The notes: a model not told the origin generated them from the sequence alone. A DNA stretch of 64,000 bases from an uncultured Clostridia bacterium (GCA_947510165.1 CANNSB010000004.1:23318-87317), one strand, 5' to 3'. Numbered from the stretch's first letter, positions 8,561 to 18,266 are shown. Numbers and translations: made by a program.

Positions 8561-10105
8561 TTATAATTTGTTAAAATCATTTATATTCACAATTCGATCA
8601 ACTAATCCTTCGTAAAAAGTAGGTTCATGTGAAACTAAAATTAAATTGCCTTTCCAATTTAATAGTTCTCGTTTTAAAACTTCTTTAGAATCTGCATCTA
8701 TATGATTAGTAGGTTCATCTAAAATTAAAAAGTTGGATTTTTTCATCATAAGCATACAAATCTTAACCTTTGATTGTTCACCACCACTTAGAGTTGATAT
8801 AGGCTGCATAACATTTTTAGATTTTACGCTACATTGGGCTAGATATTTTCTAATATCTCTATCAGATAGATCGGGAAAAGCCGCGGAAACTATCTTTAAA
8901 GCGTTTAAAGATTTATCATTCCAATTTAAATCTTGTTCAGAATAGCCGATTTCAATATTATCCGAAAATGCAAAATCTCCTGATATTTTAGGAATATTAT
9001 TTGTTAACGTCTTAAGCAGAGTAGATTTTCCTATACCATTAAATCCTGTTATAACAACTTTCTCTCCAGAATCTAGAGCGAAATTTAGTTTTGGAAGAAG
9101 AGGTTTATCATATCCAATTTCTAGATTTTCTATAATTAAAGATTTTTGGTTTGATATAGGAAGAGATGTGAATTTAAAATTTGGTTTTGGAGTAGTCTCA
9201 GGAGCAGCCATAATATCAATTTTATTTAAAGCTTTTTGTCTACTTTTTGCCATTTTTGCGGTAGAAGCTCTAGCTTTATTTTTAGATATATATTCTTCAT
9301 GTTTTTTTATTTGACCTTGCTGAGATTCGAATTGGCGAATATAGCTTTCTTTTTTTATGTCTTTTAATTCTATAAATTTGGAAAAGTTACCGGTATATTT
9401 TTTTATATTTTTAAATTCTATATCTAAGATACATGTTGTGATTTTATCAAGAAAATCAAAATCATGAGAGATAACAATAAAAGCACCTTCGAAAGCTTTT
9501 AGATAATTTACAAGCCACTCAACATGTTCTGTATCTAAAAAGTTTGTAGGTTCATCTAATAGTAGGATATTAGAATTTTCTAAAAGTATTTTAGCTAGAA
9601 TAACTTTTGCACGTTGTCCACCGCTTAATGTGGAAAGTTGATTATCAACTCCAAAAGCTGTGATACCAAGTCCATCAGCAATTTTTAAAATGGTATAATC
9701 AATCTCATAAAATTGGCTGCTAACCAGCATATTTTGATAATCTGAAGCCTTGTTTAAAGCATCGTCACTGCTGTCAGTAGGCATATTTTCATAGATTTTA
9801 TTTAACTCAGATTCAATCTCGTATAAATCTTTAAAAGCTGTTTTTAGATAATCAAAGATAGTTATATTTTTATCTATCTTTGCGTGTTGGTCTAGATATC
9901 CAATTTTAATATTTTTTTGCCATTTAATATCTCCAGAGTCAGGAACTGTCTCCCCTATAAGAGTGTTCAAAAGAGTGGTTTTTCCTGTTCCATTTTGTCC
10001 AACAAGCCCAAGATGTTCCCCTTTAAAAAGTGTAAATCCTGCATTTTTATATAAAATTTTATCACCAAAAGAATGTGATAAATTTGAAACTTCCAATAAT
10101 CCCAT
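8561..10105 (-). CDS. ABC-F family ATPase (two ABC domains, no TM domain)
   Basis: Walker A GQNGTGKTT and GFNGIGKST. Signatures LSGGQRAK and LSGGEQSK. Basic inter-domain linker KNKARASTAKMAKSRQKALNK. Confidence 0.85.
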   Translation of the reverse strand: MGLLEVSNLSHSFGDKILYKNAGFTLFKGEHLGLVGQNGTGKTTLLNTLIGETVPDSGDIKWQKNIKIGYLDQHAKIDKNITIFDYLKTAFKDLYEIESELNKIYENMPTDSSDDALNKASDYQNMLVSSQFYEIDYTILKIADGLGITAFGVDNQLSTLSGGQRAKVILAKILLENSNILLLDEPTNFLDTEHVEWLVNYLKAFEGAFIVISHDFDFLDKITTCILDIEFKNIKKYTGNFSKFIELKDIKKESYIRQFESQQGQIKKHEEYISKNKARASTAKMAKSRQKALNKIDIMAAPETTPKPNFKFTSLPISNQKSLIIENLEIGYDKPLLPKLNFALDSGEKVVITGFNGIGKSTLLKTLTNNIPKISGDFAFSDNIEIGYSEQDLNWNDKSLNALKIVSAAFPDLSDRDIRKYLAQCSVKSKNVMQPISTLSGGEQSKVKICMLMMKKSNFLILDEPTNHIDADSKEVLKRELLNWKGNLILVSHEPTFYEGLVDRIVNINDFNKL

Positions 10106-10241
10106 TATAAACTTCCTCCTAAATAATATGGTATAAACAATAAAAGAAACGATATATTACTAGTATTATATTTATACATGAAAAAAACCACGACTAAAAA
10201 TTTGCCATGGATAATAATATTATTAAATTAATTTCTTTTTA

Positions 10242-10308
10242 ATATTAATTATAAAACAAACCTCTTAATAATGTCAAATTATTAAGAGGTTTGTTTTATA
10301 ATTAATAT
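10242..10308. repeat. perfect 31-bp inverted repeat (5-nt loop), probable terminator of the 10330 gene
   Basis: ATATTAATTATAAAACAAACCTCTTAATAAT-GTCAA-ATTATTAAGAGGTTTGTTTTATAATTAATAT, checked base by base. Confidence 0.7.
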
Positions 10309-10329
10309 GCATAATTTAGTTTCATATTT

Positions 10330-11142
10330 TTATTTTTTACCTTTGGAAATAGTTTTATCAACAAGTTTACTTGCTGTAGGTTCGAAGACACAACTCCAGA
10401 CCTCTTTAGCTAGACCAGTTGTATCTGTCTGATTTGTATAGTTATTTACACCAGCAAGGACATTGCAGTTTAAAATGGATGCCGCGTCTATTGCTATGTT
10501 ATAGGGCTTATATCCGATAGGTGCAGTTGAAGCGATATCTAATAAAGTTGCGTTATTTTTCAGCATACCTTTAACATATTCTGCATCTTTTTTTTTTATT
10601 CGATCTACTAGAGAAGATCCATATTCTAATAATCTTTCTTCTTTAAAAGCCTTTTCTATATTCTTAGTTTCTCTATCTAAAATGCTTAGACGGTCTTTTA
10701 ATATTTTTTCACCATCTTTTAAATTTTTTTCCGATAATTTTTCGGATATTTTAGATAAGTCATATGTTTTTTTTAATATTCCTAGATTTTGTGTAGGGTT
10801 AGTTGGATTAGATAATAAATCTTTATTATATTTTACTGCTACTTTAGTTTTATCCCAATTATATTGGGTAGATGATTTTATACTAGATAATGCAGAAGAT
10901 GTTTTATTTCTTGCATGTGCAGAAATGGAAGAGATATTATTTTTTGCAAGATTAGTAGCAGATACCATGGCATATTTCCCCTTGGTTACTTGTTGAACTA
11001 CAGTTTTTCCTATTGATGGTGCGATTTTATTTATATTTCTAGCTACCATTGGAATTGCAACTCTTGAAATATAAGGGATAGCAGTTCTTGCGATAAAGGG
11101 AGTCGCAATTTTAGCTATAGCTATTAACGGTAATGGGGACAT
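10330..11142 (-). CDS. hypothetical protein with N-terminal A-x-P-x-x-x-R triple repeat
   Basis: ORF track gives 11169. ATG at 11142 (MSPLPLIAIAK...) is preferred because it has AAGGAAG upstream and leaves the 46-bp palindrome non-coding. No family recognised. Confidence 0.45.
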   Translation of the reverse strand: MSPLPLIAIAKIATPFIARTAIPYISRVAIPMVARNINKIAPSIGKTVVQQVTKGKYAMVSATNLAKNNISSISAHARNKTSSALSSIKSSTQYNWDKTKVAVKYNKDLLSNPTNPTQNLGILKKTYDLSKISEKLSEKNLKDGEKILKDRLSILDRETKNIEKAFKEERLLEYGSSLVDRIKKKDAEYVKGMLKNNATLLDIASTAPIGYKPYNIAIDAASILNCNVLAGVNNYTNQTDTTGLAKEVWSCVFEPTASKLVDKTISKGKK

Positions 11143-11162
11143 TGTGATACACTTCCTTTTTG

Positions 11163-11208
11163 TTATCAATAATAGTATGTTATATATATAACATACTATT
11201 ATTGATAA
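11163..11208. promoter_or_regulatory. 46-bp perfect palindrome in divergent intergenic region (candidate operator)
   Basis: TTATCAATAATAGTATGTTATAT|ATATAACATACTATTATTGATAA. All 23 base pairs verified by hand. Confidence 0.6.
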
Positions 11209-11289
11209 TTTTGTAGAATAAAGTATAATTAAAATAGAATATGTATTTAAAAATTCATTTTAATTATTTAAATTATAGGAGATGATATT

Positions 11290-12429
11290 ATGTTAAATTT
11301 TGAATTTCATAATCCAACCAAAATAATTTTTGGAAAAAATACAATAAAAGAGCTAGATAGATTGGTTGGTAAACAAGCAAGAGTATTAATAGTTTATGGA
11401 AAGGGTAGCGTTAAAAAATATGGAACACTAGATAAGGTTAAATCTGCTTTAAAAGGAAGAGATATATTTGAATTTGAGGGAGTAGAGCCAAATCCAAGAT
11501 ACGAAACTTTGATGAAAGCAGTAGAAATTGTAAAGAAAAAAAATATAACATTTATATTAGGCGTTGGCGGTGGCTCTGTAATGGACGGAACAAAGTTTGT
11601 AAATTTAGCAGCAAACTATAAAGGAGAAGATAAAACTGATTTATTAAAGGGAGAATATGAAGTAGAAAGTGTTATAGATATGGGAATGGTTTTGACACTT
11701 CCAGCAACAGGATCTGAGATGAATTGTGGAGCCGTTATAAGCTATGGAGATGGAAAATTTCCTGTTAAACATAACTTATCCTATCCAATATTTTCTATAT
11801 TAGATCCGGAGATTACATATACGTTGCCGAAAAAACAAATATCAAATGGAATAGTTGATAGTTTTGTACATGTAACAGAACAATATTTAACATATCCAGT
11901 AGGCGGAATTGTTCAGGATAGAATGGCAGAGGGAATATTATTAGCTTTAAAAGATATAGCAGATAAAACGCTAAATAATCCAACTGATTATGAAGCCCGA
12001 TCTAATTTAGTATGGTCTTCAACACTAGCGTTAAATGGGATTATCGGAAAGGGTGTTCCACAAGATTGGATGACACATGTAATTGGCCATGAAATAACAG
12101 CATTATATGGATTGGATCATGGTCAAACATTAGCTATAATTCTTCCTGCTGTAATGGATATTAGAAGAAAAGAAAAACGCGAAAAAATAGTTCAATATGG
12201 AGAAAGAGTATTTGATATAAAGACAGGTAATATAGATGAAATTATAAAAGCAACTAGAGGATTTTTTAATAGTTTAGGGTTAAAAACAAAGCTAGGCGAT
12301 TATGGAATAAAAGAAGAAGATATAGAAAAAATATGTAATAATCTTATAAGGCATAAAAGAGATAATCTATCTGAAACAGGAGATGTAACAACTCCTATAA
12401 TTAGAGAAATTTTAAAAAAAGCATTTTAA
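11290..12429 (+). CDS. iron-containing alcohol dehydrogenase (YqhD/butanol dehydrogenase-like)
   Basis: GVGGGSVMDGTKF and the histidine-rich metal site region HVIGHEITALYGLDHGQTLA. Confidence 0.85.
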   Translation: MLNFEFHNPTKIIFGKNTIKELDRLVGKQARVLIVYGKGSVKKYGTLDKVKSALKGRDIFEFEGVEPNPRYETLMKAVEIVKKKNITFILGVGGGSVMDGTKFVNLAANYKGEDKTDLLKGEYEVESVIDMGMVLTLPATGSEMNCGAVISYGDGKFPVKHNLSYPIFSILDPEITYTLPKKQISNGIVDSFVHVTEQYLTYPVGGIVQDRMAEGILLALKDIADKTLNNPTDYEARSNLVWSSTLALNGIIGKGVPQDWMTHVIGHEITALYGLDHGQTLAIILPAVMDIRRKEKREKIVQYGERVFDIKTGNIDEIIKATRGFFNSLGLKTKLGDYGIKEEDIEKICNNLIRHKRDNLSETGDVTTPIIREILKKAF

Positions 12430-12439
12430 ATAAACCTAA

Positions 12440-12480
12440 AAAAAGCAACTATAATTAAATAATTATGGTTGCTTTTTTTT
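12440..12480. terminator. bidirectional rho-independent terminator
   Basis: AAAAAGCAACTATAATT / AATTATGGTTGCTTTTT stem flanked by A and T runs, between convergent genes. Confidence 0.7.
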
Positions 12481-12489
12481 ATTAATTTT

Positions 12490-13314
12490 TTATAATTTTG
12501 TTGATTTTGGATATATATCACTATAATTTTCGTAATCTGTAGTAGAGTCTGTAGATATAAGTCTATCTTCTTCCACACTTAAAGAATATATCGGCAATCC
12601 TGATTGTTGTTTTAAATAAAGTTCATTTTGAAACATCTTAAGTATTTCAGGTTTAAGATTTTCTTGTTCTATACGACGTTTTTCTTGTTCTTCTTTTCGT
12701 TTTTGCTCTCTTTCAAAATCTTCTCTAGGACTCCAAACTCCTGTATTTCCAGGTTGAGAAAGATGATAGCTTGAGGTAAGGAATACGCTAGAGAATAGGT
12801 TTGGAAGACTGGATGAAGGAGATATATCAGTTGACAAATCTGCGGTTTGAATAGTAGGCGATGGAGATAGATTATTTACACTAGTAGAATCAGATCCAAA
12901 AGTTAGGGTATCAAGCATGCCGTTCATTCCAACCATATCACAGGAAGATTCAAAATTTAAAAATAAGTTATTAGAAAGAGAGTGGCTTTGAGGAGGTTGG
13001 TGAGCGGCATAAGGGTTTGGAGGAGGTTGGTGGGAGGCATAAGGGTTTGGAGTTGGTTGGTGAGAGGCATAAGGATTTTGAGGAGGTTGGTGAGAGGCAT
13101 AAGGATTTTGAGGAGGTTGGTGAGAGGCATAAGGATTTTGAGGAGGAGGTTGGTGGGAGGCATAAGGGTTTGGAGTTGGTTGGTGAGAGGCATAAGGATT
13201 TGGAGTTGGTTGGTGAGAGGCATAAGGATTTTGAGGAGGAGGTTGGTGAGAGGCATAAGGGTTTTGAGGAGGATGTGATGGTTCTGGCCATTCCCACTTT
13301 TTATTTTTTTTCAA
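12490..13314 (-). CDS. proline-rich tandem-repeat protein, no signal peptide
   Basis: About ten copies of NPYASHQP(P/T)(P)(Q), then a Ser-rich segment and a charged EREQKRKEEQEKRRIEQE helix. Confidence 0.6.
   Translation of the reverse strand: MKKNKKWEWPEPSHPPQNPYASHQPPPQNPYASHQPTPNPYASHQPTPNPYASHQPPPQNPYASHQPPQNPYASHQPPQNPYASHQPTPNPYASHQPPPNPYAAHQPPQSHSLSNNLFLNFESSCDMVGMNGMLDTLTFGSDSTSVNNLSPSPTIQTADLSTDISPSSSLPNLFSSVFLTSSYHLSQPGNTGVWSPREDFEREQKRKEEQEKRRIEQENLKPEILKMFQNELYLKQQSGLPIYSLSVEEDRLISTDSTTDYENYSDIYPKSTKL
12985..13275 (-). repeat. in-frame tandem repeats of 27/30/33 nt
   Basis: Units such as GGTTGGTGAGAGGCATAAGGATTTTGAGGA occur back to back, with two exact consecutive 30-mers at about 13085-13144. 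Confidence 0.85.
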
Positions 13315-13428
13315 ATATTTTACCTCCTCAAATATTTAATAACATTATCGTCTTTTAATTATAGATTTATAGAGTAATAGATAAAATAAAAAACAGATAT
13401 TAAATATTATCTGTTTTTATTTTATCTA

Positions 13429-13791
13429 TTATTTTTTTATATTAATAAGAATAACGCCAATTAAAATTAATAAAGCACCGATGTAATTATTAATAGAAAT
13501 ATGTTCTTTAAAAATATATATAGAGGCAATAAAAGTAAGAATATATGAAAGACCATTAGCGATAGGTGCGATATAACTAAGGTTTAATCGACTAATTAAA
13601 AACATGTATAATAAAAAACTAATTACATAAAAGCTAAGTCCAAGTATACAAAAAAGATTTATATCTAACTGAATATTTCCGCTATTTAAAGCAATTTCAA
13701 GACCTTTTTCTGATCCAAGTTTAAAAAGAACAAGACCAGAAACAGAAAGAAGTAGATAAATAACGGTTATAAAAATATAAGGTAGGCTCAT
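13429..13791 (-). CDS. small 4-TM EamA/SMR-like membrane protein
   Basis: 120 aa, four hydrophobic segments, ArnE/EamA-like size and pattern. Confidence 0.5.
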   Translation of the reverse strand: MSLPYIFITVIYLLLSVSGLVLFKLGSEKGLEIALNSGNIQLDINLFCILGLSFYVISFLLYMFLISRLNLSYIAPIANGLSYILTFIASIYIFKEHISINNYIGALLILIGVILINIKK

Positions 13792-13881
13792 AAGAAAACT
13801 CCTATATTATAATTTTTAAATAATTGTATCATAATAGAGGATAGCCTACAAGATATTTTTATAAAATCGAGAGAGTTATAA

Positions 13882-14418
13882 TTATCTATATAGTGCATCA
13901 TATGTAGCAGATAATGTGCTATATTCGTCAATATCTTTTAGAATTGATCTAATAGAAAAAATGCAATATATAAAAACGAAGGCAAAGAATAAAAATAAAA
14001 ATAAGCTATTATTACGAATACTATTTAAAATATATCCAATAATAGGGATAGTTATAAGGTGCTTTCCTGTAATATCTTTTTGATTAGTGTCAAAATCATC
14101 TATAAATTCATTATTATCGCCTTTTGTTTTAAAGTATAAAGTATCATCTTTTGTATAAATATCTACTATTCTGTGGATAATATTATTGTTTTTGTATTTA
14201 AAAAGAATAATATCTCCATCTTTAAGTAGGTTGGTATCTATATTTTTTTTAACAAATATAACAGAACCAACGGGCATATCCGGCTCCATACTTCCGCTAA
14301 CAACTACATTAAAACTGATATTAAAGTATATATATGCAGTGATACAAACAAAAGAGATTATCGTAAATATTATTGAGGACAATGATATAAAGGATACAAC
14401 CTTTTTATTTTTAAACAT
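13882..14418 (-). CDS. sipW: signal peptidase I, SipW (archaeal/ER) type
   Basis: N-terminal TM segment, catalytic VVSGSMEP, later IIHRIV and KGDNN motifs, C-terminal TM segment. Confidence 0.75.
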   Translation of the reverse strand: MFKNKKVVSFISLSSIIFTIISFVCITAYIYFNISFNVVVSGSMEPDMPVGSVIFVKKNIDTNLLKDGDIILFKYKNNNIIHRIVDIYTKDDTLYFKTKGDNNEFIDDFDTNQKDITGKHLITIPIIGYILNSIRNNSLFLFLFFAFVFIYCIFSIRSILKDIDEYSTLSATYDALYR

Positions 14419-14473
14419 AATAAACCTTAACTCCCATGATTGTTAAATAAAATAAATATTATATATAATTATT

Positions 14474-15106
14474 CTACTCTACTGGAGTATCGTCTTCGTC
14501 TTCGTCAACAATTTGATTGGCAACAACGCTTATATCACTATGAAAATGAAGACCTTGTGCAGTATCTGATGAATTTTTATCCAACCAAGGTGTTAAAGTA
14601 ATAGTTTTTTCTTCTGAAGGAAGGATAGTGTATCCTGTTTTAAGAGCTTCTGAAACTTCTGCAAAAGTTCCTGTTATTAGATTTTTTCCATCATAATAAT
14701 TTAAAAGAAGATCTGTTTCTAGTCTATTATCACAATCTTCATGACCATGTTCAACATCATCAAAAGTGGATTTAATAAATTCTATAGAATAGTTTGCAGG
14801 CATAGATCCTACATTTTTTATAGTCAATAATTTAGAGGTGTTTTTACCAGCATCAGTAGTTGGAACAATATTATCTATATTAAAAGATTTGCTTTCTTCA
14901 AATTGGACACGTAGAGAACCAGAAGAAAATTTGTTATCTGCTATAGTATCTTTACTAGAAAACCATGCAAAAGTTGTTGTAGAAAGCATCGCTATAAGAA
15001 CGGCCATGGAAGTTGCGTTAATAAGTATTCTCTTTTTTATAGACTTTTTTTTATTAAGAATATCCTGAGCCATATTAGTATTATCTTTATTATTATTATT
15101 TATCAT
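14474..15106 (-). CDS. TasA/camelysin-like protein with SipW-dependent signal peptide
   Basis: LSTTTFAWFSSKD signal-peptide signature immediately upstream of sipW. Confidence 0.65.
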   Translation of the reverse strand: MINNNNKDNTNMAQDILNKKKSIKKRILINATSMAVLIAMLSTTTFAWFSSKDTIADNKFSSGSLRVQFEESKSFNIDNIVPTTDAGKNTSKLLTIKNVGSMPANYSIEFIKSTFDDVEHGHEDCDNRLETDLLLNYYDGKNLITGTFAEVSEALKTGYTILPSEEKTITLTPWLDKNSSDTAQGLHFHSDISVVANQIVDEDEDDTPVE

Positions 15107-15306
15107 TTAAATAATCTCCTTTTATAAATATATATTTAATAATATGTTTAAATATATTATTAAATAATGTATAATGAATTATTGATCTATTATCAATTAT
15201 TCATATTGTTTATCGGTTTTGGTTTTTATAAATTTAAATATGTGCAAAATATAATATATATTGTAACTTTATATTATATTTTGTGTCTCAAAAGAGGAGA
15301 TTATAT

Positions 15307-17052
15307 ATGAAGATAAAAAGTTATATAAATAAATTTAAAATATCTTTAAAAAATAATGGAATTTTAGTAACCTTAAAAAAGGTTATAAATAAATTAAAAA
15401 CCCGTATATTTAGAGAAAAATCTGATCTAGTTGTAGAAAAGATCGAATATGATAAATATATAAAGAAGTTTAGTGATAAAATATCTATACTAATAATAGT
15501 TAACCAAGAGGGTTTTAAGGCTGATTATCTAAAAGAATTGATATCATCAATAGAAAAACAAACCATTAATACAAGTCAAGTTTTAGTAGGGGTAATATCA
15601 GATGAAAAATATAAAATAAATACTAAGGGTAATTTAAAGATAGATATAACTTATATGGATAAAGATACTAGTTATAGTGATGGTGTAGAAAGACTTTTAA
15701 AAAAATCATCCAATGATTACATAACAGTTTTAGATAGCCAAGTGTGTTTAGAAGAAGATTTTGTTTTCAATCTCTTAAAAGAGATTGATGAAAAAAATTA
15801 TGATATATTATATACTGATGAAAAAATTATTGATATTAATGGAAATAGAGGGATAAAAAAACATTATAAACAAGATTTCTCTTTAGAAACATTAAGAAGT
15901 TTTAATTATATAGGAGAGACATATCTATTTAAAAAATCTTTATTAGATGAATTAGGGGGGTATAAAAGTTTATACTCTGGATTGGAACGATATGATATAT
16001 TATTTAAATTGATAGAATTATCAAATAATATAGGACATATCTCTAAAGTGTTATATTCAAATAGATATTGTAAATATTATAGTGATGAGAAGCTAGAAAA
16101 TTATGTTGTAGAAGGGTGTATAGGTATAGTTAAAGATCATCTTGAAAGGTGTGGAATATCTGGTGAAGTTATAAAAATACAACAATGCCCTGGATATAGA
16201 GTTGTATATGATATTAAGGAGAACCCACTTGTATCCATAATAATTCCGACAAAAGATTTTATGGATGACCTAAAAAAGTGTATTAATTCTGTTTTACAGC
16301 TATCAACTTATAATAATTATGAAATAATAGTTGTAGAGAATAATAGTGAAAAAAAAGAAACTTTTGAATATTATAAAGAGATAGAAAAACATCCCAAAAT
16401 TCAGGTTGTATACTATGAAGGAGAATTTAATTATTCTAAAATAAATAACTATGGATATAAATATATTAATGGAGAATATATAATTTTATTAAATAATGAT
16501 ATAGAAATTTTGTCAAAAAGATGGATAGAAGAAATGCTAATGTATGTACAGCGACAAGATATAGGAATTTGTGGAGCAAAATTATATTATCCAGATGAAA
16601 CTATACAACATGCGGGGGTTATAATAGGAATAAATGGAGTTGCAGGACATTCGCATAAAAATATTGGAAGATATGAAACGGGATATTTTAAAAGATTATG
16701 TCTAACACAAGAACTTTCCGCTGTTACAGCGGCGTTGCTTATGATTGATAGAAAAGTTTTTGATGATGTGGGAAAATTAGATGAAGAGAAATTTAAAGTT
16801 GCATTTAATGATGTTGATCTCTGTTTACAATCTGTGAAAAATGGAAATAAGGTTATGTTTAACCCATATGTAGAAGCATATCATTATGAATCTAAAAGTA
16901 GGGGACTTGATAATGATAATGGAGCGAAACAGAAGAGATTTGAAGGAGAAGTTAATAATTTTTATGAACGATGGGATGATAAATTAAAAAAAGGGGATCC
17001 TTTTTATAATATTAACCTAAGTTTAAAAACTGAAGATTTTACTATAAAATAA
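15307..17052 (+). CDS. family 2 glycosyltransferase (two GT-A modules)
   Basis: VSIIIPTKD...VVENNS...LLNNDIE motifs. Start moved to ATG 15307 (AGGAGA upstream). Confidence 0.75.
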   Translation: MKIKSYINKFKISLKNNGILVTLKKVINKLKTRIFREKSDLVVEKIEYDKYIKKFSDKISILIIVNQEGFKADYLKELISSIEKQTINTSQVLVGVISDEKYKINTKGNLKIDITYMDKDTSYSDGVERLLKKSSNDYITVLDSQVCLEEDFVFNLLKEIDEKNYDILYTDEKIIDINGNRGIKKHYKQDFSLETLRSFNYIGETYLFKKSLLDELGGYKSLYSGLERYDILFKLIELSNNIGHISKVLYSNRYCKYYSDEKLENYVVEGCIGIVKDHLERCGISGEVIKIQQCPGYRVVYDIKENPLVSIIIPTKDFMDDLKKCINSVLQLSTYNNYEIIVVENNSEKKETFEYYKEIEKHPKIQVVYYEGEFNYSKINNYGYKYINGEYIILLNNDIEILSKRWIEEMLMYVQRQDIGICGAKLYYPDETIQHAGVIIGINGVAGHSHKNIGRYETGYFKRLCLTQELSAVTAALLMIDRKVFDDVGKLDEEKFKVAFNDVDLCLQSVKNGNKVMFNPYVEAYHYESKSRGLDNDNGAKQKRFEGEVNNFYERWDDKLKKGDPFYNINLSLKTEDFTIK

Positions 17053-17086
17053 AAAACAAGGTGTATTTTTATACACCTTGTTTTTT
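17051..17086. terminator. bidirectional rho-independent terminator
   Basis: AAAAAACAAGGTGTAT-TTTT-ATACACCTTGTTTTTT between convergent GT2 and hydF. Confidence 0.8.
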
Positions 17087-18266
17087 ATTTTATAGCTCTA
17101 TCCAAAATTCCAGATAAAAAAGCAAGAAGAATACCATAATTTGTAATAGGTATATTTTGTTTTTCACAAATATGTATTCTATTTATAAGTGTTTTTCGGT
17201 TTATCATACATCCTCCGCAATGTATAACAAGTTTATATCTATCTATATTATCTTTTGGAAAATCATAACTAATTTTATAATCAAAATTAAGGCTTCCCCC
17301 TATAAATTTATTTAAAGCTGTTGGTATTTTATATCTACCAATATCTTCATGAGAAATATTGTGTGTACAGCTCTCTAACATTAATATATTATCGCCAGTG
17401 TTAAGGGATTTTATAGTTTCTACACCTTTTATAAATGCAGATATATCACCCTTTTGTCTAGCAAATAGAATAGAAAAAGAGGTTAGTTTTATATTTGATG
17501 GAACGATTTTATCAACCTCTTTAAATATTTGTGAATCTGTTATAACAAGATCAATTTTGTTTAAGTTATGTAGAGAAGATTTTAGTTGTGTATCTCTAAC
17601 TATATAAGAATTTATATTATTATCTAACGCATCTCGTATAACTTGAACTTGAGGAAGGATGATTCTTCCCTTTGGTGTTTCAGAATCGATGGGAACTACT
17701 AATAATATATTTCCTCCAGAAGGAACAAGGTTTAATAATATAGATGGATCTTTATATTTGTCATCTAATAGACTTATTATTTCTTCTTGTAAAGTTATGA
17801 TATTATTTTTATCTTTAGAAGAGATAAAAATAGCATTGGGATATTTATCTTTTAAATAGTTTAATTGAATATCAGAAATTTTATCAACTTTATTAAAAAT
17901 CAGGATATAATTAGTGTTAAATTCTTTAATTTTTGATGTAAATATATGAAAGTTTTGAAATTTCAGATCAGAAGAATCCATAATATATAATGCTAAATCT
18001 ATTGTGGGTATTATTTCTATAGTTTTATCTATTCTCTTATCTGCAAGATTTGTATTATCCGAAAATCCAGCAGTGTCTATAAATAGAACTGGCCCAAAAG
18101 GAAGAAGTTCCATAGATTTTTTTACGGGATCAGAAGTTGACCCATTTATGGGGGAAGTTATTGAAAGATCCTGACCTATGATAGCATTAAAAATAGAAGA
18201 TTTTCCACTATTTGTATTTCCAAATAGACCTATATGTGGTTTTGAACCTCTAGGGGTATTCTCCAT
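17085..18266 (-). CDS. hydF: [FeFe]-hydrogenase maturation GTPase HydF
   Basis: GNTNSGKSS P-loop, DTAG, NKVD, and C-terminal CTH...HCGGC cluster-binding signature. Confidence 0.88.
   Translation of the reverse strand: MENTPRGSKPHIGLFGNTNSGKSSIFNAIIGQDLSITSPINGSTSDPVKKSMELLPFGPVLFIDTAGFSDNTNLADKRIDKTIEIIPTIDLALYIMDSSDLKFQNFHIFTSKIKEFNTNYILIFNKVDKISDIQLNYLKDKYPNAIFISSKDKNNIITLQEEIISLLDDKYKDPSILLNLVPSGGNILLVVPIDSETPKGRIILPQVQVIRDALDNNINSYIVRDTQLKSSLHNLNKIDLVITDSQIFKEVDKIVPSNIKLTSFSILFARQKGDISAFIKGVETIKSLNTGDNILMLESCTHNISHEDIGRYKIPTALNKFIGGSLNFDYKISYDFPKDNIDRYKLVIHCGGCMINRKTLINRIHICEKQNIPITNYGILLAFLSGILDRAIK

Noticed and set aside
12957-13358. Four overlapping ORFs of about 100 aa are listed on both strands in the track, and the repeat array looks superficially CRISPR-like.
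   Set aside because: The units are contiguous 27-33-nt coding repeats with no spacers, all in frame with the 274-aa Pro-rich ORF. The other frames and strand give only Leu/Thr/Arg-rich repeat artefacts.
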